From positions 544,001 to 608,000 of the forward strand of contig CAVVMW010000004.1 in assembly GCA_963749495.1 (NCBI GenBank): 64,000 bases of DNA, read 5' to 3'. Positions within the stretch are counted from its first letter, which is position 1, and every line of letters begins with the position of its first letter. The notes beneath the pieces were generated by a model, which ran no database searches, was not told where the DNA came from, and saw nothing but the letters and a program-made list of their open reading frames with translations. Shown piece by piece: positions 46,512-57,732 of the stretch. Origin of the DNA: an uncultured bacterium (GTDB lineage: Bacteria; Verrucomicrobiota; Verrucomicrobiia; Limisphaerales; UBA8199). Both the position numbers and the translations under genes were made by a program.

Positions 46512-46785
46512 ATCACCAACCCACGCTTGAGACTGAACGCCTCCTGCTGCGGCCAATAACGCCGGATGATGCGGCTACCGTAGCCAGGTTAGCGGGCAGC
46601 CGCCAGATTGCCCACACGACCATCTCCATCCCCCACCCCTATTCCGAAGAACAGGCTCGGGCATGGATAGCCGCCCACACGAGCCAGTCCAGCACCGGCA
46701 AGGAAATTGTGTTTGGCGTTGCAACCAAGGAGGACGTTCAGCTAATCGGGGCTGTGGGCCTGCGCGAAATCGATGCCGAACATAA
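46508..46785 (+). pseudogene. RimJ/RimL-type GNAT acetyltransferase, truncated
   Basis: PTLETERLLLRP...IPHPY...LIGAVGL. Confidence 0.8.
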
Positions 46786-46863
46786 AGCGATAAATCCCGG
46801 GGGTCTGGGGCGCAACGCTCCACAGACGCACTGCAACAGAGGGTTTGCGATGGCCGGGGCGGG

Positions 46864-47902
46864 TTAACGCGCACGGGAGATGTTGCGTTCCGGGCCAAAG
46901 CCGGGGCGCCATTCGCTGGGCATAAACGCTGTCCGGAGGCAGGCCCCATCAAGTGCCTCCAGGGGGCTGTGAACGCTCAAACTCTCGGCATGCAGGTAGC
47001 CCATGGTGGTTTCCAAGGACTTATGTCCCATGGCTTCCTGAATGGCGCGCGCGTTGGTGCCCCGGTCCAGACAATGCGTAGCATAGGCGTGGCGCAGCTC
47101 ATGGGGAAGGACCGAGAGGCCCGAACCTGCGCCGGGCGTGCTTGACGGCGCGCTGGACGTTGACTTCGTGCATCCGATAGCGGACCAGTCCTGGGGCACG
47201 AGGGTCACGGCAGGGCTGGTGGGCGGGGAAAAGCCAGGCCCAGCCCCAACTGAAACGGCATTCGGGATACTTGCGTGCCAGTTGGTGTGGCAGCATCAAC
47301 GGGGTGCCGTCCTGCCGGTCGCGCTCCCAGACCGTCCGGGCGACCTGCATCTGTTGGACCAATTCGGGCACCAGCGAGGAGGGCAGGGCGACCACGCGGT
47401 CGTTTCCGCCCTTGGCGCCACGGATGGTCAGCCGCCTCCGTTCGAGGTCCACATCCTTGATGCGTAGGTTGAGGGGTTCGGACACGCGCAAGCCGCAGCC
47501 GTAGAGCAGGCGGGCGATGAGATTGGTCGGATAGCCGCCTTCGTTGCGGATGGCGCGCAGGAGGGCGTGGGTCTCAGTGACCGTCGGGGCGTGGCGTTCA
47601 TGGACGGGGCGTTTGGCGCGCAAGGCGCTGACGCACCCGAGCGGCTGAGCGAGAACCTCGCGGTAGAAGAAGAGGATGGCGTTGAAGGCCTGGTTTTGAG
47701 TGCTGGCGGCCACGTTGTGCCGGGAAGCCAGCTCGGTGAGGAAGCGTTCGAGCTTGGCTTCGCTGGAGAGGCCCCCGGGCATGGTGGGGAGCGCGGCCAT
47801 ATAGCGGCGGAGCCAGAAGACGTAGCACTCTTCGGTGGAGAGGGCTTTGTGCTGGCGGCGGAGGACCTCGCGGAGTCGCTCGATTGCGATGGTCGAGTTC
47901 AT
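46864..47902 (-). pseudogene. intI: Integron integrase with +1 frameshift near 47122
   Basis: VAASTQNQAFNAILFFY, LLYGCGLRVSE, GAKGGNDR, IntI insert LARKYP...WAWLFPA; shifted frame HELRHAYATH...MGHKSLETTMGY. Confidence 0.92.
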
Positions 47903-48059
47903 TTTTGGTTCGAGTCTAGACCAATGGGTGGGACAACCGCTGTCCATGGGAAAAAATTGCCGAGCAAAGTTTTTTGCGCTTGCAATATACGAACTGGAAA
48001 CGGTATCTTCGCAAATGGAGTTGCTAGAGTGAACAACTTACGCAAAACAAGCGGCCGAA

Positions 48060-48106
48060 TCTCCGGCCAGCACCGCGACTGGCGGTCGCAGAAAAAGAGT
48101 TATGAC
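48060..48106 (+). other. Candidate attI (core GTTATGAC at 48099)
   Basis: Upstream of divergent intI; complementary to GCCATAAC of the first attC. Confidence 0.65.
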
Positions 48107-48156
48107 ACTCATAGGCTGCCGCAACGCAGCCTGGCAAGACCGGGAGGAGGATCAGG

Positions 48157-48975
48157 ATGAGAGAGTACGAGGTTGTCGATACCAATGCGGACAACATCGG
48201 CGCATGCAGTTTGTGCGGCAACAAGGCCGGCAAGAACGAGGGACATCGTCGCAAGTCTGATTGGCTCAAGAAGCGCTACGCGGAAGGCCTGAGGTTCAAG
48301 GTGCTCCGCTCACGCGAATTCGGTGATATCGGGATGATCGAGTATGCCCTTGGCAGTCATGCGTGGAGACCCGTCGAGGCGGAGGGTTACCTTGTCATCC
48401 ATTGCTTGATGGTCAATGGCAAGCACAAGGGGAAAGGACTCGGCGCTGTCCTGCTGGAAGATTGTCTGAGGGACGCGAGGAAAAGCAAGTGCCGAGGGGT
48501 CGCAGTTGTCACAAGTTCAGATAGTTTCATGGCAGGAAGCGGTTTGTTCATCAAGGCGGGTTTTGTCTCGGTGGAGAGCAACCCTCCGTACGAGCTGCTC
48601 GTCAAGAAATTCAAGGCAACAGCGCCTGATCCTCGTTTCATCGTCGACAGGGAGCGAGTATTGAAGAGACACACGAAGGGCCTCACGATCCTGGCTGCCG
48701 ATCAGTGCCCTTATGTCGCCAAGTCGGTGGAGAGGATTTCGCAGGCGGCCCGAGCCCTGGGGCTGAAGCCGAAAGTGGTTCGAATCAGGAGCGCCAAGGC
48801 ATCAAGGGAGCTTCCGACGCCCTATGGCGTGTTCAGCATTATCTACGATGGAAGGCTGATTGTGGAGCGTCCGGTCAGCGCAACGAGATTCACGAACATC
48901 ATGCTCAAGCGGGGGCCACAAAGGGGTATGCCGATTGGCGTCCGGTCGGCGCAAGGAGATTCACGAACATCATGA
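48157..48975 (+). CDS. Integron cassette 1: GNAT acetyltransferase with YoaP domain
   Basis: GMIEY...AWRPV...IHCL, KGKGLG, QCPY, PTPYGVFSIIYDG. Confidence 0.85.
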   Translation: MREYEVVDTNADNIGACSLCGNKAGKNEGHRRKSDWLKKRYAEGLRFKVLRSREFGDIGMIEYALGSHAWRPVEAEGYLVIHCLMVNGKHKGKGLGAVLLEDCLRDARKSKCRGVAVVTSSDSFMAGSGLFIKAGFVSVESNPPYELLVKKFKATAPDPRFIVDRERVLKRHTKGLTILAADQCPYVAKSVERISQAARALGLKPKVVRIRSAKASRELPTPYGVFSIIYDGRLIVERPVSATRFTNIMLKRGPQRGMPIGVRSAQGDSRTS

Positions 48976-49025
48976 GTAAGCTGACATAAGGACTACATGG
49001 ACATCGAGATGCTCGGATGACTTCT

Positions 49026-49090
49026 GCCATAACAAGCCAGTGCATCGGATCCCTCGACAGGCTCGGGACCGGTGACCGGCGACGTTGGGC
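49026..49090 (+). other. attC site 1
   Basis: GCCATAAC...TGCATCGG...CCGGTGA...GTTGGGC; L boxes pair with an extrahelical G. Confidence 0.8.
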
Positions 49091-49101
49091 CGCGTAGCGT
49101 T

Positions 49102-49878
49102 ATGAAGTGGGTTCTACTGGTCGCCAGCGCAGTGGCATTAGCAAGATGCGGCACACTGCATGCGGTGCCGCCGTTCAACGTCTATGATGGCTTTGAGACG
49201 GCCAGCTTGAGCAATATTTGGAGCAATGACCGATTTGAGGCGGGAGCGGTGGAAATTCAGACGAACCTTGTCCGCGCGGGCCACAGTGCGCTGAAGGTCA
49301 CTGTCCATTCACGCGACAAGTTTGAGGCCGGCAGCCCCAACACCAGCGGCAGTGAGCGCGCAGAATTGCTTGAGGCCAGGAAACTGTTTTCGCAGGAAGG
49401 CAAGAGTTACGAGTATTCTTTCAGCATGTTTTTCCCGACGAATTTTCCCATCGAACCGACGCGATTGGTCATCGCGCAATGGAAGCAACTGTGTCCGCAC
49501 GGCGGCAACTGTTCCGATGACAGTCCGGTGCTGGCAGTGCGCTATATTTCCGGCGAGTTAAGAATCACTCAGAATATCAACAGTCCACACGAAAAACGCC
49601 TTTACACGGAGGCGGGCGAATTAAGGGGTCGATGGCTGGACTTTAGAATTCAAGCGCGCTTTGCGACGAATGACACCGGACGCGTTACGGTCTGGCTTGG
49701 CGGCAAGCAACTTGTGGACTTCAGGGGTGTCACGGCCAATTCCGAAACCCTAATGACTGGATACGAGCATCCAAGCCGCTTCTATTTTAAGATGGGGCTT
49801 TACCGCAATTCCGTCCCTGAGCCCTGGACGAGTTATATTGACGAGTATCACAAGAAGGAGTTGCCTGACATGCCATGA
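49102..49878 (+). CDS. Integron cassette 2: secreted polysaccharide-lyase-like protein
   Basis: SERAEL, LVIAQWKQ, FYFKMGLYR, YIDEY. Confidence 0.8.
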   Translation: MKWVLLVASAVALARCGTLHAVPPFNVYDGFETASLSNIWSNDRFEAGAVEIQTNLVRAGHSALKVTVHSRDKFEAGSPNTSGSERAELLEARKLFSQEGKSYEYSFSMFFPTNFPIEPTRLVIAQWKQLCPHGGNCSDDSPVLAVRYISGELRITQNINSPHEKRLYTEAGELRGRWLDFRIQARFATNDTGRVTVWLGGKQLVDFRGVTANSETLMTGYEHPSRFYFKMGLYRNSVPEPWTSYIDEYHKKELPDMP

Positions 49879-49906
49879 TTGCCCCCTGCAAGGTTCTAGC
49901 CGCGCG

Positions 49907-49996
49907 GCCCAACCCCTTGCTGCTGGCGACTCCGGTTTACGCCACGCCCTCAATTCTGAGCCGTTGGCCCGGAGCGCCAGAGCCGGATCGTTAACT
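49907..49996 (+). other. attC site 2
   Basis: GCCCAAC (complement of cassette-start GTTGGGC)...CTGGCGACTCCGG / CCGGAGCGCCAG...GTTAACT. Confidence 0.8.
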
Positions 49997-50382
49997 TGCA
50001 TGAGCGTCCGTAATAAACAACGCCGAGATCGCCGACATTCAGCGTTCCGTCTTGCTTGCATCCGGAAACGCCACCGGCATTGCTGAGACCCTTACCCAGT
50101 GAATCAACAGGTTCCATTCATCGCTGCGCCGCGAAATGTTTCATGTTGCCGGACCGTAGAGGTAATCACGGGCAAGTTGTGCCGACTCGGGCTCTTCACA
50201 CGGGGAGGGAGACTACTTGACGTCGGCTGTCCGCGTCCTCGCGCCGTTCCATTCGCAGGGGGCCGCCGAGCGGCGGGACGAGCCTTCGAGCCATAGCTCG
50301 CGGCCCCGCCGGTCGCTACGCGTAACGGACTCGCCTGGCCCCCTGTGAATAGGCGCGCCCCAAGGCACCGTTTCCCGTTTCC

Positions 50383-51297
50383 TTGAACTGGGAGGGCCTG
50401 ATGCAACTGGCCCAGAAGCACGCCGTCCGGTTCCTGCACGTCATGTCCTGCACCAATGCCCACGCGCCGCTCGACATGGGGCTGTGGGAAGGCGTGCCAT
50501 TGCGCGAAGTCATCTGGCTGGCCCGGCCCACCGCCAACGTCCGGCGTGTCTTCTACTACGGTTACCATAACGACAACCTCCAGCAGCGGTTCCAAAGCTC
50601 GCTGGCGATTGACCGCGTTTTGGAAGACCCGCCAGGCGAGTTGCCGGTGATCCTGGCCTACAAACTCAACGGCCAGTGGCTGTCGCCTAAGCGCGGCGGG
50701 CCGGTGCGGCTGTTCGTGCCCGACGCCTACGGAAACAAGTCGGTCAAATGGCTCCAGCGCGTCGTTTTGACGAACAACATGCACCTCAACGACACCTACG
50801 CCGGGTGGAACAACGACACTGAGAGCCACCTCAAGACCTGCGCGTTCTTCCTTGGGACTCCCGGCGCGGCCAAAGCCGGGGAAGCGGTGCCCATCACCGG
50901 CCTGGCCCAGGTCGGCATGTCCGGGTTGAGGAAGGTGCAATGCTGTCTCGTCCCTCAAGGCGTGCCGACGCTCACGGACACCGACCGTCTCGCCGGAGCG
51001 GACTGGCGCGACGCGGAGATCCTGCCGCCGCCGGTTCGCTGGGGCGGCGGATTGCCCGAGGGCAGGCTGCCTGCCAACACGTTCGGGATCGACCCCGCCA
51101 CGGGCGATCCGCGAACCTGGCCGCTACGCAACACTATCGTCCATTGGGCCGCGTTGCTGACCGACCTCCAGCCAGGGAAATATGATCTGTGCTGCCGCAC
51201 CATCGATGCCAATGGTCTGGCCCAACCAATGCCCCGGCCCTTGCTCAAATCCGGCTACAACGCCATTCAGAAGAAACCGTTGGCGGTGGAGGCGTGA
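50383..51297 (+). pseudogene. Molybdopterin-dependent oxidoreductase (sulfite oxidase family), 5'-truncated
   Basis: GLWEGVPLREV, YKLNGQWL...RGGPVRL...YGNKSVKWL. Confidence 0.8.
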
Positions 51298-51418
51298 TGA
51301 GAGCCTGCGCCCAGTCGCGGCAGCAGCGCCGTCGCCTTGCCTGGGTAGAAACCAGTGCGGCACCGGGGATGAAAACCTGGGGATCTCGGCAGCTAGTCGT
51401 AAACGGACCCCAAATTGA

Positions 51419-51720
51419 TTAAGCCGCCTGTTCCCGTTCCGGCTCCTCGCTTTCCGGCTCTGAGGTCAATTCGTCTGCGAACGAGGATTGCAGCGCGGGG
51501 ATTCCGAGCCTTCGACCCGACCCACCTGCCTCCACCTCCTGTTGCCCCCGCAACGAGAAACGCGCCCAGGGAATGGCCTGTAGTCGCGCCTCCTCGATGG
51601 GTTCCCCGGTCACTTCGCAAATCCCGTAGGTGCCGCACTCGATGCGCCGAATGGCCTCAAGCACCTCAAAAACTGTCTCCTGTGTCGCACCCGCTGCCAC
51701 AAAGGCCAGCGTGCGCTGAG
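51419..51720 (-). pseudogene. DksA/TraR-family C-terminal fragment
   Basis: EAIRRIECGTYGICEVTGEPIEEARLQAIPWARF. Confidence 0.8.
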
Positions 51721-51772
51721 TCTCCTCCGTGGCGGATTCACCTCGTTTTCGGCTCACCGCTGACAAAGCCCC

Positions 51773-52057
51773 TCATGCTGACTTTCCTCGGGTTTCCAGT
51801 TGCTTGATGGCGGCCAAATACTCCAATCGCATCCTGGTCAGGAGCGACGTGGCAAGAACAACGAGTCCTCCGACGAGACAACCAATGAAAATCCGACGGC
51901 TGCCCATTATCACCTCCGGAGCGACAACCCATGAGGCCCCAGTCAAAGCGACGAGAGCAACATACAGCGACGAGAACCAGAGGCGTGCGAAAAGTTTGGC
52001 ACCACGGACTCCGTATCTCCGAACCAACGGCGTATCTGAGATGTCCATTTTTTCCAC
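51773..52057 (-). CDS. Small two-TM hypothetical protein
   Basis: Two hydrophobic segments. Confidence 0.45.
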   Translation of the reverse strand: MEKMDISDTPLVRRYGVRGAKLFARLWFSSLYVALVALTGASWVVAPEVIMGSRRIFIGCLVGGLVVLATSLLTRMRLEYLAAIKQLETRGKSA

Positions 52058-52143
52058 AAACTGATAATTTGGTTTTTTGCCGCGCCGGCGGTTTTGACGC
52101 TACGCGGGTGACGCTTCCTCTTGCCAGGCGGTATCCGGCTTCT

Positions 52144-54960
52144 TCATTGGTTCTCTCGGACTTTCGGGCCGGCGCCATCCTGCCCGGCGGCGCTGGCGGC
52201 CTCTGCGCAGCCCTCGCGGTAGAGTGCCTGGATTTCCCGCGCGCTCAGGCTGCTATTGTAAAGGCGCACATCGGCAATCCAACCGTTGAATTGGCGTCCG
52301 GGTCGGATCGGGTTTTCCCCAATCAGGACCGGGGCCTCGTTCCGGGCCATCTCGCCCATGACGGCAACGGAGTCCTCGAGTTTGCCGTCCATGTATAGCG
52401 CGAGACCCCGGCCGGTGTAGAGGCCCACGAAGTGGTGCCACCGGCCGTCATTGGCGCTCCGTTTCGAGGTCACACATCCCCAGGCCTGGCCGGGGGAGGC
52501 GACGGGAGCCAGTCCATCGATCGTAAAACTGACGACACTCGTCTCGAAGGACCGTTCCAGACGCCAGGCGCCCGCGGCAGGCCGCAAGCTGCTGCCTTTG
52601 GCCACGATGGTCTGGGAACGCCGATCGAACTGGCGGACCTTGACCCAAGCTGCAACGGCCATAGCGTCGTGGAACCCAAAGCGAACGTCGTTGCCGCAGT
52701 CGATGAAGTTCCGCGCGCCGTCAAATTCGAGCGCCCGGCCCAACGGCCCCGGCACCGGCGTCCAATGCGGCGGGCCGTTGACCTTGCCGGCGCAGCCGTG
52801 CCCGCTGGCGTCGCGAGCCAGCGATCCTTCGCCTTCATCCAGCTTCCACCAGCCCGCCAGTCCCGCTGTTTCGAAGCACGCCACCCGCCCGGCAACGATC
52901 CGCCCATCCCCCTGCACCTCGTCAACGCGCCAGAAGCAGGCAGCCATGGGCTTTAAGGGCGGGGCCTCGAAGCGAGTCTGGTCGGTGGCACCGAGCAACG
53001 TCAGCGCGGCGGGATCGGCTCCGGCATAGACGCGATGCTCCTTCGCGCCGTCGCCCGGCGCCCAGCGCAAGACCGCGTTACTCGCAGCCACGCCGAGGGC
53101 GCCGTCCTCGGGCTGAATCGGCCCGGCTTGGGGACCGGTGGCTTGGTGGAAAACGACTTCGCTCAAGCCCACCTTGCCGCTCGTTCCCCACGGAACGACC
53201 TTCTCGATCCGGACTTTTGCAGCCGTGACGCCGTTGAGCTTCAGGATGGCCGGTTCGTCGTAATCACCGGTGCCTTCCGCCTCCGCGATTTCCGCTCCGC
53301 GCAAGACGGTCTGCCAGGTCTTGCCGTCGGCCGACACGACCACGTCGGCCTTCCGAATGCCGTTGGTCGTCTGCCATTCGGCGTTGTAATTCCAGAGTTC
53401 GATGGCGGCCAGGGGCACGGCTTCGGGAAAATCGAATTCGAGGCAAAGGCCGGAACTCCAGGCGCCGAGCCACATGCCTGCAGGATCAACGCTATGCTCC
53501 AGCAGGCCGTCCTGGTCCGTGTCGCCCAACCCGGCGCCATTGACAATGGCCGGCAGCGCGGTCTCATCGGCCGCGGGACTGAGATGCACGGCCTGGACGC
53601 GCACTTTCGGCCCCAGGACCGGCGCCTTTCGCGCGCGGGGTTTGAGCGTCAGCGGACGAGTCAACAACTGGAACGGGCCAACCCGTTCGACGGTTGCGAG
53701 GATCGGACGCTGCGCCTTCTTTGGCTCTCGCCATGAGAGCGAACAAACGCCGCCTCAGCCAAACTCGAAAGTGTTGGTGGCACGAAATGATCCGTCCAGG
53801 CTGGTCAGCAATAGACGCGGCCCGTGTATTTGCTGGTTGGGGGTCTGAAAGGTAATCGATTCGTCGAGCCGGCCCCGGAACTGAAGGCTGAACGCAACCT
53901 CGTTCGTCAGGTCCCTGGCCCCGAGGGTGCCGAGGACGGGTTCCCCGATCTCCAAGAGCGCCGGCTTATTGGTGGCCACCGTGAAGCTGGCCGCCTCGCC
54001 GAAACCGTCACCGGAAAGGGTCCAGGAAGCTCCTTTATCATCCTTCCTTTCGATGGTCCAGCCGTCGAGCCGATACTCACCGGCGGGGAGCATGGCCTGG
54101 CCTTTCGCCGGCTTTCGGAGGAAATGGCCATTCAGACCCGCGGCCGTGAATTCGCTAATCGTTTCCGGCACCCGCACCTGGCCAAAGGCAACGCCCTCGG
54201 CCTTCTGCAGCTTGACAAACGCGCCCTCGCGGGCGACCTCGATGCGGAACAGTTGGCCGTCCACTTCCAACAGGTGGCCCAGGTATCGCTCCTCGGCCTT
54301 TTCCCCATGCATCACCACGCAATCGCAGTCCGCTGGGTTGGCGGACTGGTCGTTGAAGGCGCCGTTGACGTTGCCGTCGATAAGTTCTACGCTCCGTTTC
54401 TGGCTGCCGATCTGCACCATCCCCTCGTACCAACCGCAGGATTGAACCACCAATTGCCGGTCGCTGGCGTTGAACTGGTAGAGGGAAAAACCCAGGTGAT
54501 ACGTGATTGGCCCCTCCTCGCCCTTGAAGAGGACGCGCACCGGATCGAAAGCAACCATATTCCCGCCGCGTGCCCGGGCGTTCACTGGCGCTTCAGCGTC
54601 CAGGCGTCCGGTGCCTTTGGTGTCGAAGAAAAGCCGGTCGTAGAGACCGGACTGGCGCGTGCGGTCCAGGCAGAGCCAGCGGCCGCCTGAGGGATCCATC
54701 GGCGTGGTCCACCGCGCGAAGAGCGGCGGGGCGTTGAGTTTAGGCAAGGCGACACCCGGCGGGGCGTCGGTGGTGAGTTCGAGCAAGCGGGATCCGCGGC
54801 CTTCCGCGCCGTGGTGGTATTGAAGCCACTGCTCGGTTTGAGCGGACGCCGTGGCGGCGAAGAGCAGGCCGGACAACAGCATCGACCGGCGCATCCGAGT
54901 CAGAAGCTCCGGGAGCGAGAGGACCTTCCCACCGCAGACGGCATGAGATAGTGCGTTCAC
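52144..54960 (-). CDS. Secreted multidomain protein (unknown N-terminal domain + discoidin-like + LamG) with one in-frame UGA at 53755-53757; candidate selenoprotein
   Basis: ORFs 53755-54960 and 52144-53667 share a frame; the 29 codons between them are open; signal peptide MRRSMLLSGLLFAATASA. Confidence 0.7.
53709..53754 (-). promoter_or_regulatory. Candidate bacterial SECIS hairpin
   Basis: GCUCUC-AUGGC-GAGAGC; apical loop starts 20 nt after the UGA; lower stem possible. Confidence 0.55.
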
Positions 54961-55235
54961 AACCGGCCTTTCGTTTGATTGCCCCCATTACAGCGCATTT
55001 GCGCGCTCCTGTCAATCATTGGTTTGGCTCTTTTCGGGCCAGTCCACCAGCCGGAACAACTCCAGGATGTCCGCCTTCTCCAAGCCAATCTCATACAACC
55101 GCCGCGACTGTGACTGCCAGGCCTATGTGCCACGTCCTGGCGAGTAATTAGCGCGCCCAGGCAAACTTCGAACGGAACAGGGCCACTCCTGGTCCTTGTT
55201 CGTGGCTGAGCCGCCGCAAAGGCTGGACCAGCGCC

Positions 55236-55886
55236 TCAGCGTTGACCTCCGGTGAAGGCCTCTTTGACTGGTCGCGCAATCCAGGCTGCCGGTGCGCGGA
55301 TGTCAAAAATCATGGCGAGTGTCGCTGCCGTGTCGTAGGTATTGACCGGCGACTGTATTTGGCGGCCCACTCGCACTCCGGGACCGGCAATGATCCACGG
55401 AATCTCGAGCTCCTCCATGGTCGCGCCGCCATGCTTCTTGCCGACGCCGCCGTGGTCAGCGGTGACCAGGACGACCGTGCGGTCTCGAATCCCGGCCTCG
55501 TCCAAGGCCGCCAGCACCTGCCCGACCAGTCCATCCATGTCCTCGACGGCTCGAAAATACTCCGGGGATTTCCAGCCAAATTCGTGGCCGGCATGGTCAA
55601 CATCGTCAAAGTGGATAAAAAGGAAGTTGGGTTTCATCTCTTTGATGAGCTGGGCCGCTCGCCTCGCGGTCGCAGCAGAACCCTTCACATTCTCCAGCAC
55701 ATCCGGCGCGCCGGGCTCGAGGAGACGGCCGAACCCATCCCAGTCGTGAACGCACACTATCCGGGAGTCGGGCCGTTGCGCGCGCAGTTGCCCGAAGATG
55801 GTGGGGAACATTCCCCCGGGCCCGAGCGCAGTCGGTGCAATCTCGAACTTGTTGGTCTGCCAGTCATTGGAGGTCACCCCGTGCTG
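55236..55886 (-). pseudogene. Alkaline-phosphatase-superfamily paralogue of 39299-40246, 5'-truncated
   Basis: QHGVTSNDW...HDWDGFGRL...TADHGG...EIPWI. Confidence 0.85.
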
Positions 55887-56764
55887 TATCCCTGCCCCGG
55901 TCTGTTTACAACGCTTCGAGCTTGGCTGACTAGACTCTCCCCTTTCCTTAGCTGCGCATTTCGGGCGGCTTCTCCATCTTTCGCAGCAAAGTGAAACCGC
56001 TTGGCAAGTTCGAGATATTGCTGAGCGAGGAAGAAATTCCCGCCCGCCTCGATGTTGCTGGCGATCTGCTCTGCGGATTCGGCGTGCCGCTTGTTGTCAC
56101 CGGCCTCATGCTCCAGGAGCAAGTCCATCAAGCGAGCCGACAACGCCTCCTTCTCCACGTCCACGCGGCTGTTGATGACATGTTCCACATATGTGACGTA
56201 ACTTGGGAACGGTTCATTCTTCTTGCCCAAGATGCGAGCAAGCCCGAAGCCTCTTCGTAACGACTCGATGTCGCATACCCAATCCTCTGCAACATTGAGC
56301 CTCTTGAAGTTCTCCAAATAGCTTTCGGCGGCGATCTTGGCGGATTTATGATCTTTGCGGGTCACCCAGAGGATATCGGCAAAGCGTGCACGCATCGCGG
56401 CGGTCCGGGTTGTCGGTAACAGGCCGGCTAGCAAATCGAGATCCGAAGAGCCTAGATCTTCGAGCGCCATGCTCCGTCGATCATGCATCACGACAAATGG
56501 AGCAAACGGCGGCTGATCGTCCTCCTCTCGTAAAGCGAGCGATGCCACAGAACCCAAAAAACGGAATACCGACTGGCCCTTCTCATCACCGGCTTTCGCA
56601 AGCTGTGAGGATTTCTCAAATAGCAGTGTGTAATAGTCGAAGCAAATCGGATGTTCGGCAGTTGTGATTGCCGCTTCCCAATCGTAATTCGCGACATCTG
56701 CAAGCGCGACATTGAAGCCGCCGCTGCCCGCAGCTGGTTCTTGTTTCTTTGCGTTCGTTTCCAT
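55874..56764 (-). pseudogene. N-terminal part of a DUF4209-associated-type helical protein, truncated
   Basis: PFAPFVVMHDRRS, RARFADILW motifs; lower GC; family from memory only. Confidence 0.55.
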
Positions 56765-56777
56765 ACGCGATTTGTTT

Positions 56778-57437
56778 TTACCTCATAATGATGGGCAGCG
56801 CCAGCCCTGACGCCCGCTTCCCCAGTGACCCAGTGGATCTTTGCACTGCCTTGTCATTCTTCACGAACAGATCCCACTCGGGAATGCCGCGCATGTTGCG
56901 GATCAACGCTGTGACCGGCATCTCCTTCGGAGCGCGGGGCGTGGTGAGCAGCTTGAGGCCCGCTTCGTGCGGCAGGCGGTTGCCCTTGCGGGCGTTCACG
57001 TCCCTGCTCGACCACACGAGGTTTTCCCACGTGTGTTTGCCGCCACGCGAACGCGGCAGAACATGGTCGAGGCTGCCTTCGTCGGGGCGCAACGCGCGGC
57101 CGGTGTATTGGCAGCGGTTGCCGTCGCGCTCGCGGATTGTGCGGGCGCAGAGCTTCGGGCGCTTCTTCGGCACCTTGGCGAAGTTCACGGCCACAATGAC
57201 CGCCGGCACGCGGATCGGGCCGCGCACGGTCCGCACCGCGTTATCCTGCGGACGGATCGGCAGCGTGATCCACTCGTCCCACGCCACGGGGCGGATGTGG
57301 TTCTCACCTCCGATCTCCAGGCCGGTCGCAACATTCGTTGCCATTTGGCAAAACGCTTCCTGGGGCGTGCGAATGTTGATTGCCTGCCAGTTGCGGTTCA
57401 GCACCAGCACAATCGACTTGTTCAGTATGTCGTTCAT
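56778..57437 (-). CDS. HNH endonuclease terminating the tRNA array (C-terminal tail possibly foreign)
   Basis: VLVLNRNWQAI, RERDGNRCQYTG, SLDHVLPRSRGG..TWENLV...NARKGN. Confidence 0.92.
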   Translation of the reverse strand: MNDILNKSIVLVLNRNWQAINIRTPQEAFCQMATNVATGLEIGGENHIRPVAWDEWITLPIRPQDNAVRTVRGPIRVPAVIVAVNFAKVPKKRPKLCARTIRERDGNRCQYTGRALRPDEGSLDHVLPRSRGGKHTWENLVWSSRDVNARKGNRLPHEAGLKLLTTPRAPKEMPVTALIRNMRGIPEWDLFVKNDKAVQRSTGSLGKRASGLALPIIMR

Positions 57438-57511
57438 AAAACGTTTCCACGCGGCCAGATCGCTTCTCGCGCTGAGGTGTTTGTTCTTTGTCGGGGCGTG
57501 TGCCCGGAAAT

Positions 57512-57586
57512 TGGCTGCCTCGCCTGGTTTTGCTCCAAGTCCTCCGGTTTCAGGGACCGGCGCGCTCCTGATTACGCCACGAGGCC
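57512..57586 (-). tRNA. tRNA-Gln(CUG)
   Basis: Anticodon arm ccggt-cc CTG aa-accgg; encoded CCA. Confidence 0.8.
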
Positions 57587-57655
57587 CGCCGTCGCGCTTT
57601 GTGCTATGGCGCGCCAAGCAATTGGCCCGCCGAGCCGTAGCCGGCAGGCGAAGGC

Positions 57656-57729
57656 TGGTCGCCCGGGGAGGTTCTGCCCCTCCGATTTCTGGGTGTAGGC
57701 CAGACGTGATCCTATTTCACCACCGAGCG
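57656..57729 (-). tRNA. tRNA-Val(UAC)
   Basis: tctgg-cc TAC ac-ccaga; CCA. Confidence 0.8.
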
Positions 57730-57732
57730 TTT

